This document shows, piece by piece, positions 1 through 7,118 of a stretch of 14,841 nt of DNA. A program made the position numbers and the translations under genes. This DNA is from Candidatus Fraserbacteria bacterium (GTDB lineage Bacteria > Bipolaricaulota > Bipolaricaulia > RBG-16-55-9). Under the pieces are notes generated by a model, which saw only the letters and a list, made by a program, of their open reading frames with translations, did not search any database and had not been told where the DNA came from. The stretch lies in NCBI GenBank assembly GCA_037443265.1, contig JBBIOR010000044.1:4878-19718 (forward strand), read 5' to 3'. The number at the start of each line of letters is the position of its first letter. Within the stretch, counting starts at the first letter, position 1.

Positions 1-2
1 CG

Positions 3-662
3 CTCGCGGAGATCCTCCGGGAGCCGGGCGGCTCCCCGCGGGTCACCGCGGAGCCCCCGCCGATGCCCTCACCCCCGAGGGTCGTCGCGGAGGCCGCGCC
101 GGCTCGGCCGGTGTCGCCCTCGCCCGAGACGCCCGAGCCGGCCCGCGCCCGGGGGTCCCTGGAGTTCGTCGTCCGGGCCGCGCCGCCGCCCGCGGAGCCT
201 CCCCCGGTTCCTCCGCCGCCGTTTGTCGCTCGGGGGACCCTCCCGCGGGCCGGGGGTGGTGGAGGGGGATTCGCGACGGAGGTGAGCGCGCCGCCGCCGG
301 GCCCCTCTCCGGAGGGCGTCGGGCCGCCCCCGATGACGCCGGGAGCGGCCCTCGCGCGCCTTCGGGCACTCCTCGCGCGGCCGGAGGTCCCCCCGGTCGG
401 AATTCCCCCGGCGGCGATCCCCCTCATCGCCCCGGAGGGGGGGAGCGTCCGGGATGAGGCGGAATCCGGAACTCCGCGCGCTCCGGCGCCGACCCCGATC
501 GCCGTCGGTCGCGAGGGGGGCCCGGTGGGGCGAGAGGTGTGGCTCTGGCTCGCGCGCGTCTTCGCCCCGCCGATGATGACCGACCAGTACTTCACCGGGC
601 CGCCCTACGTCCTGCCCCAGTCGATCCCGGGTGGCCTCCCGGTGTATCACTCGGAGCGCTAG
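3..662 (+). CDS. Proline-rich hypothetical protein, 5'-truncated (possible virion/ejection-type protein)
   Basis: The frame is open from position 3 (LAEILREPGGSPRVTAEPPPM...), so the track start at 63 is probably internal. Pro/Ala/Gly-rich; ends TAG 5 nt before the next ATG. Confidence 0.7.
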   Translation, partial: LAEILREPGGSPRVTAEPPPMPSPPRVVAEAAPARPVSPSPETPEPARARGSLEFVVRAAPPPAEPPPVPPPPFVARGTLPRAGGGGGGFATEVSAPPPGPSPEGVGPPPMTPGAALARLRALLARPEVPPVGIPPAAIPLIAPEGGSVRDEAESGTPRAPAPTPIAVGREGGPVGREVWLWLARVFAPPMMTDQYFTGPPYVLPQSIPGGLPVYHSER

Positions 663-667
663 GCCGC

Positions 668-1507
668 ATGCCGCTCGCCTCGAATCTCCGCCCGGACGCT
701 TCGGCGGACCTCCCCGCGCGTCCGCTCTCGTTCGGGGAGGCCCTTCAGCTCCTGGGGGCGCTCCCCGGTGTGGTCGTGCCGATGCGGGGCGCCTTCTCGG
801 ACTTCCCGCGCGCGACGGCGTCGTGGCTATGGCGGACGTTCGAGCGGATCTTCCCCGGCCCGGCGCGCGTCCTGCACCGCGCGCCGCAGGCCATCACGGT
901 GGAGCTCCGCCCCCCGCGGGGGCCGTCCTCGACGGAGCTCCTCGGGGAGACGACGATCTTCGGATCCCGGCGGCCCCCGGGGATGCCCGCGATGATCATC
1001 ACGATCGACCCGCGGCTGACGCCGCCGATGGGCGTGACCACGCTCCTCCACGAGGCGCAGCACGCCGCGCGGGCGTTGGCCCAGCGGTCGTGGCCCGAGG
1101 GGGAGGCGCTCGCCGTCCAGTCTCGCGCGATCCCCGAGGTCATGCGAGCCCGGGGCGTCCCGGGGGCGGTCAGAGCGGCGTTCTGGCGAGAGCCGGATCC
1201 CGAGGAGCGGATCGTCCGGCTCCTCACGGATTTTCTGGCCACGGTGCCGGCCGCGAGAGCGCAGCACCCGTTGACGGTGGTCCCCTACGGGTCGATCTGG
1301 GCTCGATGGATGCCGACCTTCCCGCGCTATGTCCCCACCGCCGGCGGCCTCGCCCCGAGCGCGATCCAGGCGTTCGATCGTCCCGGCTGGCTCCAGTGGT
1401 TCGCCTACCAGGGGTTGCCGCGCGAGCTCTCCGCGTCCCCGGAGGTCGGGACGCTCGACCAGCTGGTCCGCGCGACGCGACGGACCCCCTTCATCGCGTG
1501 GGAGTAA
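668..1507 (+). CDS. Zincin-like metallopeptidase domain protein (HExxH), 279 aa
   Basis: ATG 668 follows the previous stop (track start 539 overlaps the upstream gene). Motif IITID...GVTTLLHEAQHAA, HEAQH at 1049-1063, with a downstream PEE as candidate third zinc ligand. Confidence 0.7.
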   Translation: MPLASNLRPDASADLPARPLSFGEALQLLGALPGVVVPMRGAFSDFPRATASWLWRTFERIFPGPARVLHRAPQAITVELRPPRGPSSTELLGETTIFGSRRPPGMPAMIITIDPRLTPPMGVTTLLHEAQHAARALAQRSWPEGEALAVQSRAIPEVMRARGVPGAVRAAFWREPDPEERIVRLLTDFLATVPAARAQHPLTVVPYGSIWARWMPTFPRYVPTAGGLAPSAIQAFDRPGWLQWFAYQGLPRELSASPEVGTLDQLVRATRRTPFIAWE

Positions 1508-1513
1508 CGAACC

Positions 1514-1687
1514 ATGCCGATTCGAGAGTACTTCGGAGGTCACGGCGAGGAGGTCGCCCGGAAGATGCGCCAGCGCTACGGGGATCGCTGGCAGCGGGTG
1601 TTCTACGCGACGGCGAACGCGAGGGGCCTGGCCCCTCGGGGCGGACGGCGCCGGTCGTCCCGCGGGCGGAGGACCGCGTCCCGATGA
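1514..1687 (+). CDS. Small basic phage protein, 57 aa (MPIREYFGGHGEEVARKMRQRYGDRWQRVFYATANARGLAPRGGRRRSSRGRRTASR)
   Basis: Not in the ORF track. GGGAG upstream; fills the gap exactly; its TGA overlaps the terminase ATG (ATGA 1684-1687). The M-x-x-x-YG...VFYAT-x-N pattern resembles small proteins I recall from phage head modules. Confidence 0.8.
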   Translation: MPIREYFGGHGEEVARKMRQRYGDRWQRVFYATANARGLAPRGGRRRSSRGRRTASR

Positions 1688-3429
1688 ATCCCGCGGGGAA
1701 CCCCCCGGACGCGTCGGCTCCGACGAGTCGATCGGCGCGGTATCGCCGCGTCATGGAGGCGATGATCATCGCGGATGAGGCGGGTCGCCTCGTCCCGATG
1801 CGGTTCACCCCCTCCCAGGAACTCCTCTGGAAGGCCGTCGCCCCCCGGCTCGATGCCCACGAGCGGTTGTGGTTTGTCGTGCTGAAGGGCCGTCAGGTCT
1901 ACGCGACGACCTTCTTCACCGCGCTCGCCTTCGTCCGGACGATGGAGCGGGCGAACACCAGCTCGGTCATCATCGCGCAGGAGATCTACTCCGCGGCGGA
2001 CATCTTCCGGCGAGCTCGGCGCTTCTATGAGCACCTGCCGCTCCCGCGGCTGCGGCCGTCGAGGGTCAGCGAGATCGAGTTTCAGCTCCCCGACGGGAGC
2101 TCGTGGCTCTCCGTGGCCTCCGCGGGGAAGGTCGGGAAGGGGCGGGGGACCACGAAGTCGGTCGTCCTCGCCTCCGAGGTCGCCTACTGGACGCAGCCGG
2201 AGGTCCTCGTCGGGCTGTTCCAGGCGGTCCCGGATCTCCCGGATACGGTGTGGATCCTGGAGAGCACCGCCAACGGGATGGTCGGCCTCGGCCAGCCGTT
2301 CTACGAGCAGTGGAAAGCCGCGGTGGATGGGCGGTCGAAGCTCATCCCGCTGTTCATCCCGTGGTACGTCGTCCCCAAGTATCACCTCGACCCTCCGCTC
2401 CCGGAGGACGAGTGGGACGACGATGAGAAGCTCCTCGTCGAGGCCTTCGGGGCGCAGGGGTGCGACGGCCGGGCGCTCGCGTGGCGGCGCTTCGTCATCG
2501 GCACCAAGCTGCAAGGGTCCCGCGAGCTCTTCGACCAGGAGTTTCCCTCGACGCCGGAGGTGGCCTTCCTCTCCTCTGGGCTCCCGGCCTTTGACGCCCG
2601 GGCAGTCCTCCGGCAGCAGCGGTGGATTCGTCCGCCCCGCCTCTGCGGGATGATGGGGGAGAATGGACGGTTCTCGCCGGCCCCGCGGGAACGGGCGTGG
2701 CTGCACATCTGGGAGGAGCCCCGCGACGGACACCAGTACGTCATCGGGGTCGACACGGCGGAGGGTATCCGCGGCGGCGACTACGCCTGTGCCCAGATCC
2801 TGGACATGGGCGAGCTCGAACAGGTCGCGATCATCCATGGTCACATCGAGCCGTGGGAGCTCGCCCGTCAGCTCGCCGCCGTGGGGAAGTGGTACAACCA
2901 GGCGCTCATCGCCGTCGAGGTCCAGAGCACCGGCCGGGCGGTGCAGGACTATCTCATCCGGGTCTTCCAATACCCGAACCTGCACGTGTGGCGCGGGCGG
3001 GCGGACACCATCCGGCGCCCGGCCGCGCAGCTCTACGGGTGGGAGACCAATGTCTACTCGCGACCGCTCCTCATCGAGGCGGGCCGCCGCGCGATCAACT
3101 CGGGGTTGGTCATCCTCCACGATCGATCGACGCTGGACGAGATCGCGCGCTTCTCGCGTCTCGACAACGGCCGGTACGCCGCGAGCGTGGGCCACGACGA
3201 TCGGGTTCTTGCCCTCCTCATTGCGCTCCGCTCTCGGGAGGAGAATTACGCTCCGGCCCGATCGGTGTCGGTCTCGGCCGCGTCGGAGTACCAGCTCTCG
3301 GACCCCCTGCCGTCGGGCGTCCGCGTCGTCCACTCGGCGGAGCAGCAGTTCGTGATGCGCAAGGAGATCCACGCCGCCCTCGTCCGCCGCGCGCGGTCCG
3401 CGGTGGACCGGTCGTGGATGTCCCTCTAG
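1684..3429 (+). CDS. terL: Terminase large subunit, 581 aa
   Basis: Q motif (FTPSQ); deviant Walker A VVLKGRQVYATT; GRG then Walker B VVLASE; coupling motif ESTANG; FDQEFP; RNase H-like nuclease motifs YVIGVDTAEG..GDY, AVEVQSTG, HDDRVLAL. The track start at 631 is an open GC-rich extension over other genes. Confidence 0.95.
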   Translation: MNPAGNPPDASAPTSRSARYRRVMEAMIIADEAGRLVPMRFTPSQELLWKAVAPRLDAHERLWFVVLKGRQVYATTFFTALAFVRTMERANTSSVIIAQEIYSAADIFRRARRFYEHLPLPRLRPSRVSEIEFQLPDGSSWLSVASAGKVGKGRGTTKSVVLASEVAYWTQPEVLVGLFQAVPDLPDTVWILESTANGMVGLGQPFYEQWKAAVDGRSKLIPLFIPWYVVPKYHLDPPLPEDEWDDDEKLLVEAFGAQGCDGRALAWRRFVIGTKLQGSRELFDQEFPSTPEVAFLSSGLPAFDARAVLRQQRWIRPPRLCGMMGENGRFSPAPRERAWLHIWEEPRDGHQYVIGVDTAEGIRGGDYACAQILDMGELEQVAIIHGHIEPWELARQLAAVGKWYNQALIAVEVQSTGRAVQDYLIRVFQYPNLHVWRGRADTIRRPAAQLYGWETNVYSRPLLIEAGRRAINSGLVILHDRSTLDEIARFSRLDNGRYAASVGHDDRVLALLIALRSREENYAPARSVSVSAASEYQLSDPLPSGVRVVHSAEQQFVMRKEIHAALVRRARSAVDRSWMSL

Positions 3430-3442
3430 CGAGGGGAGCGGA

Positions 3443-3586
3443 ATGGGGCGTCGGTCGATCCCGTGCCATGAGTGCCCCACGCAGCCGCCGATGCGGCTCG
3501 TCAACGAGCGGTGGGTCGGCGGGCGGCGCATCTGGGTCCTGATGTGCCCGCAGTGCGGAGCGATCCGGGCGATCTCGGACTCGTAG
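3443..3586 (+). CDS. Small zinc-ribbon protein, 47 aa (MGRRSIPCHECPTQPPMRLVNERWVGGRRIWVLMCPQCGAIRAISDS)
   Basis: Not in the ORF track. SD GAGGGGAG upstream; CHEC and CPQCG knuckles separated by a probable beta hairpin. Confidence 0.8.
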   Translation: MGRRSIPCHECPTQPPMRLVNERWVGGRRIWVLMCPQCGAIRAISDS

Positions 3587-3604
3587 CGGAGGAGGTATGC
3601 AGCG

Positions 3605-3934
3605 ATGCGAGGATTCCCCGCCGGTGATCACCCCCCCGTCGCGGACGCCCATGCGACTCTGGGGGAGACCTGGTCGTGCGACTGGGAGGACGAGGACGGA
3701 CGGAAGTGTCCGGCCGGCGGAACCCTCCGCCAGCGATCCGGACCGGCCTTCTACCGTCATGCCTGCTTCGGCCACGAGCCCGAGCGCCCCTACCCTCCCC
3801 AGCTCCGACGCGTCTACACCGTCTGCGCCCAACACGCCGACGCCTTCATGCGGACACATGTTGTCGGAGTATCGGCTGGGCGATCTCCCCGCGTTGCCAT
3901 CGACGCTCATGGACGGATTGTCCCGCTGGGCTGA
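3605..3934 (+). CDS. Cys/His-containing hypothetical protein, putative metal-binding, 109 aa
   Basis: SD GGAGGAGGT 3588-3596. GC-ending codons dominate up to about 3853. Motifs C-x9-C, CFGH and CAQH. Confidence 0.65.
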   Translation: MRGFPAGDHPPVADAHATLGETWSCDWEDEDGRKCPAGGTLRQRSGPAFYRHACFGHEPERPYPPQLRRVYTVCAQHADAFMRTHVVGVSAGRSPRVAIDAHGRIVPLG

Positions 3935-4070
3935 GCGGTGGTCCGTCCCACCCGAGGTCGCCCTGGCGCGCATCGTCTGCCTCGTCGCGGGCGGCCAGGG
4001 GACGGACTGGCGGTGGGTCGGCCGCTCCGTTGAGGACGTGTTAGACCACTTCCTGCGCGCGAACGCCTGA
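3858..4070 (+). CDS. Small helical hypothetical protein, 70 aa (alternative start 3909); possibly ribbon-helix-helix-like
   Basis: 3' part of the track ORF 3597-4070. Codon bias shifts into this frame at about 3858; stop lies 2 nt before the portal ATG. Start uncertain, no clear SD. Confidence 0.55.
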   Translation: MLSEYRLGDLPALPSTLMDGLSRWAERWSVPPEVALARIVCLVAGGQGTDWRWVGRSVEDVLDHFLRANA

Positions 4071-4072
4071 CG

Positions 4073-5833
4073 ATGCCGCAACCCCCGATGAGTCCACCCG
4101 GGGGGCTTCCCCCGTCGAGTCGGACCCCGGCGGAGGCCGAGATCTGGCGGTGGCTGGAGAGTGCCGCCGCGGAGGCCGCTCGCGCGCGGGAAGCTATCAC
4201 CTCGTTCCGCCGGATGCATCAGCTGCTCGATCTGTACGTCGGGCGTCACTACCCCGAGTCCATGCCCTCCTTCCGCCCGCCCGTGGTGATCAACGAGCTT
4301 CGGACGCTGATCCTCGCGGAGGCCTCCGATCTCGTCGATGCGGAGCCGCGGATCTACGTCATGAAAGACCCGCGGCGAGGGGGTCGAGATGTCCAAGCCG
4401 AGCGGGCGCTCCGGGCGGTCTGGGCCCGCGAGCGCGTGGACCTCAAGCTGATCTCGGCGGTGGTGTGGGCGTGCGCGGTGGGGACGGGGTTCCTCCGGGT
4501 CACGTGGGATCCCGACCGCAACCGCGGACAAGGGGACGTCGCGGTCGAGGATCTGGATCCGCGCGTCGTCCTCCCGGATCCCGATGCCCCCGATGAGACG
4601 TCCGCGCAATTCCTCATCTACGAGACCCGGGTCGACCTTCAGGACATCCGACGGCTCTTCCCCATCCGCGGTGCGCTCGTCTCCGACCAGCCGGTGGAGG
4701 CCCTCGGGTGGCGCGGAGAGGGATCGTTCCCGTCTCCCACGACGTCCTCCGCGACGGACTCCTATCTGATCTCGGGGCCGATGTCCCCCGACGTCTCGCC
4801 CGCCTCGGACGCCGCCGCCTACCGGAAGCGCCGGGTCCGGGTCCTGGAAGCGTACGTGCGGGATTCCTCGATCGACACGGTCGTCGAACCGCTCAAGGGC
4901 CCGGACGGGGAGTTCATCCGCGATGAGCGCGGAGAGATCCAGTACCAGACCACCCGCCGGCTGAAGTACGGCCCGCACGGGGTCCGGCGGATCGTCGGGG
5001 CCAACGGTGTCATCCTGTTTGATGGGCCGAACCCGAATCCCGGAGGGGATCACGGGTTAGTTCGCATCGTGTTGGAACCGACGCTCGGGCAGTTCTGGGG
5101 TCAGGGGTTCATTCAGCAGACCGGGGAGCTCCAGCTGGCGGCGGACAAGCTGGCCTCCGCCGTGGTGGAGAACGCCATCCGGCTCAATAACGGGATCATC
5201 GTCGTTCGGGGATCGACCGGCATTGACTGGGAGACCTTCGCCGGCCTCCCGGGGCAGATTGTCCAGTTGCAGCTCGGCGGCGATTTCCAGATCCAGTATC
5301 CGCCCCCCATGCCACCCGACATGGTCCAGGCCCCGTGGCGGATGCTGGATTTGCAGCGGCGCGTGTTGGGCTTCTCTGACCCGCGGATGGGCGTCGGCGG
5401 GAAAGGGAACGTCTCACCGGAGCTCACGGAGACCGAGATCTCGCAGGCGCAGGGTCCCACGCGGCTCCGGGCGCGCTTCCTCTCCGCGGCGGTGCAGCGG
5501 TTGGCCGAGCTGATCTTCGCCCGGATGGCGGCCTTCTACACGACGCCGCGGGTGATTCCGGCGGTCGAGGGCGAGCACTTCGAACCGACGGTGTGGCAGC
5601 CCCTGGAGGACGCGGAGGCCTACACGGTCTACGTGGACCCCGCCTCCTTCCAGTTGATGTCTCGGTCGCTGCTCCGCCGGCTGTCGCTCGCGCTCTACCG
5701 GCTGGGGGCGATCGACCGTCGGTCGGTCCTCGAAGCCCTGGGGTGGCCCGATTGGGAGCTGGTGGCCTCTCGGCTCGATGAGATGGAACGGGCGATGGCG
5801 GCCGCGAAGCTCGCGGAGCGGAAGCGGCGATAG
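4073..5833 (+). CDS. Portal protein (P22 gp1-like), 586 aa
   Basis: Size and position after terL. Typical segments PPVVINELR..EPRIYV, GTGFLRVTWD, DPRVVLPDP, VILFDGPNP, FWGQG..LQ, and a C-terminal GAID...LEALGWP. Confidence 0.92.
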   Translation: MPQPPMSPPGGLPPSSRTPAEAEIWRWLESAAAEAARAREAITSFRRMHQLLDLYVGRHYPESMPSFRPPVVINELRTLILAEASDLVDAEPRIYVMKDPRRGGRDVQAERALRAVWARERVDLKLISAVVWACAVGTGFLRVTWDPDRNRGQGDVAVEDLDPRVVLPDPDAPDETSAQFLIYETRVDLQDIRRLFPIRGALVSDQPVEALGWRGEGSFPSPTTSSATDSYLISGPMSPDVSPASDAAAYRKRRVRVLEAYVRDSSIDTVVEPLKGPDGEFIRDERGEIQYQTTRRLKYGPHGVRRIVGANGVILFDGPNPNPGGDHGLVRIVLEPTLGQFWGQGFIQQTGELQLAADKLASAVVENAIRLNNGIIVVRGSTGIDWETFAGLPGQIVQLQLGGDFQIQYPPPMPPDMVQAPWRMLDLQRRVLGFSDPRMGVGGKGNVSPELTETEISQAQGPTRLRARFLSAAVQRLAELIFARMAAFYTTPRVIPAVEGEHFEPTVWQPLEDAEAYTVYVDPASFQLMSRSLLRRLSLALYRLGAIDRRSVLEALGWPDWELVASRLDEMERAMAAAKLAERKRR

Positions 5834-5843
5834 CGGGGGGACG

Positions 5844-6287
5844 ATGCGCGCAGCGTATGTCGTGGTCTCGTGCCCGACCTGCCGAGAGCCCCGGTACCAA
5901 TCGGCCCAGCCGCTCGACCTCGACCGGCTGCCCGACCGGTTGTCACCGCTGACCTTCGCCCCGGTGGCCCCGTCCGTCCCGCCCCCGCCGCAGAGCGGAC
6001 GGGCCATCTGTCATGTCTGTCACGGCCCGCTTCAGTTCCACGTGATGGATCCCCGGACGGCTCGAATAGACCAGGGGGAGTCCTCGTCGGATTCCCCGGA
6101 GGAGGCCTCGCCGGAGGAGGTCCCCGTCGGGACCCCGCCCGGGGGCTCGCCCCCTCCGGTCTCGACCGTGGAGCTCTTCCGGGCGGAGGCGGGGGAGCGG
6201 GTCCTCGGGATCCAATCGGTCGGCTCCTCGCTCAGCCCGGTGCTCCTCCTGCTCACGAGCCGGCGGGTCCTCCTCGTCGGCCGATAG
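5844..6287 (+). CDS. Zinc-finger (CPTC...CHVC) protein with acidic/Pro linker and short beta C-terminal domain, 147 aa
   Basis: ATG 10 nt after the portal stop with GGGGGGA upstream (track start 5778 overlaps the portal). Two CxxC motifs. Confidence 0.75.
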   Translation: MRAAYVVVSCPTCREPRYQSAQPLDLDRLPDRLSPLTFAPVAPSVPPPPQSGRAICHVCHGPLQFHVMDPRTARIDQGESSSDSPEEASPEEVPVGTPPGGSPPPVSTVELFRAEAGERVLGIQSVGSSLSPVLLLLTSRRVLLVGR

Positions 6288-6311
6288 CCACAGGATGAGG
6301 ATGCCACAGCG

Positions 6312-6515
6312 ATGACGGAGATTCTTCGTGCCGCCCAGCGCGGGGAGTGGATCGAGGTCCGGGGGGCGACGACCCTTCCGGGTGAGCGAACGCCCCGCGT
6401 CGTCGTTGCGGAAGTCCACGCCAGCGAAGTTCGCCGGCGGGGGGATGAAGCCCTCCGCCGGGCGATCGAGACGACCGCCCGCTACCTCGCAAGCGGAGAG
6501 GGCTCCGGGGTGTAG
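6312..6515 (+). CDS. Hypothetical protein, 67 aa
   Basis: Fills the gap in the operon; GAGG upstream; globular alpha/beta-like composition. Confidence 0.7.
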   Translation: MTEILRAAQRGEWIEVRGATTLPGERTPRVVVAEVHASEVRRRGDEALRRAIETTARYLASGEGSGV

Positions 6516-6518
6516 GCG

Positions 6519-6887
6519 ATGCCCAGCATCTGGGAGATGCCCGGGGGAGGGTGGGAGTCCATGGAGGACCTGGAGCAGCCCTTCGGGCCGTATCCGTCGG
6601 ACCTCGCCGCCGGGGCCGCGTTTGGCCTCCCGGCCCTTCGCGGAGGGCTCCCGGCTCCGCTGTCCTGGCGGTCGTCGCTGCCGCCCCTGCGCCCCATCCC
6701 GCCGCTCTCCGCGGCATCCGCGCCCGGGAGCCTTGACCCGTGGGCGCAGTTGACGCTGGCGTTGACGAGGCCTGGTGGGTTCCCCGCCCGCCCCGACTGG
6801 GGCTGGCTGCCTCCCGGCGGGTGGAGCTCGCTGCTCTGGGAGCTGCTCCGCTCGGGCGGCTGGTCATTCACCCCGGCTGGTCGTTGA
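6519..6887 (+). CDS. Low-complexity Pro/Gly/Trp-rich protein, 122 aa
   Basis: Starts 3 nt after the previous stop and ends at the SD of the next gene; three GGW motifs. Confidence 0.65.
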   Translation: MPSIWEMPGGGWESMEDLEQPFGPYPSDLAAGAAFGLPALRGGLPAPLSWRSSLPPLRPIPPLSAASAPGSLDPWAQLTLALTRPGGFPARPDWGWLPPGGWSSLLWELLRSGGWSFTPAGR

Positions 6888-6900
6888 AAGGAGGAGGAGG
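6887..6900 (+). promoter_or_regulatory. Extended Shine-Dalgarno AAAGGAGGAGGAGG
   Basis: Direct reading; complementary to the 16S anti-SD in several registers; precedes ATG 6903. Confidence 0.85.
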
Positions 6901-6902
6901 CC

Positions 6903-6935
6903 ATGCGCCGGAAGTCCCATCGTCGCAAGCGGTAA
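6903..6935 (+). CDS. 10-aa highly basic micropeptide MRRKSHRRKR (protamine-like)
   Basis: ATG CGC CGG AAG TCC CAT CGT CGC AAG CGG TAA behind the strongest SD in the window; occupies its own non-overlapping slot in the operon. Confidence 0.72.
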   Translation: MRRKSHRRKR

Positions 6936-6959
6936 CGACCCGACCCCGAGGAGGGAACC

Positions 6960-7115
6960 ATGCCAAAGCCCAAGATCATTGAGGGTCCGCTCTTCAAGAA
7001 GGCGGACAAGTCCTCGGGGCTCGGCTCGGGAGAGTCGGCCCCGTGGATGCCGCCGGACGTGGACTGCCCGGATCCCCTCGGGTATCTCCACAACACCAAC
7101 AAGAAGGGGAAGTAA
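6960..7115 (+). CDS. Small Lys/Pro-rich protein, 51 aa (MPKPKIIEGPLFKKADKSSGLGSGESAPWMPPDVDCPDPLGYLHNTNKKGK)
   Basis: Not in the ORF track. SD GAGGAGGG; GC-ending codons; TAA 3 nt before the next ATG. Confidence 0.82.
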   Translation: MPKPKIIEGPLFKKADKSSGLGSGESAPWMPPDVDCPDPLGYLHNTNKKGK

Positions 7116-7118
7116 CCG

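Noticed and set aside
631..1683. 932-aa terminase with a 350-aa N-terminal extension (track ORF 631-3429)
   Set aside because: The extension is Arg/Gly/Ala/Pro shadow sequence overlapping two better genes (668-1507 and 1514-1687); the ATGA coupling at 1684 marks the likely start.
3597..3857. 5' half of track ORF 3597-4070 as coding
   Set aside because: The ATG abuts the end of the SD, the translation is Pro/Ser/Thr shadow-like, and codon bias favours the 3605 frame in this stretch.
1603..5053. Long minus-strand ORFs (1603-3531, 3218-5053; likewise 7332-8642, 8203-9399, 11611-12855, 12893-13966)
   Set aside because: Antisense shadows of GC3-rich genes with no motifs and no RBS; expected at this GC content.
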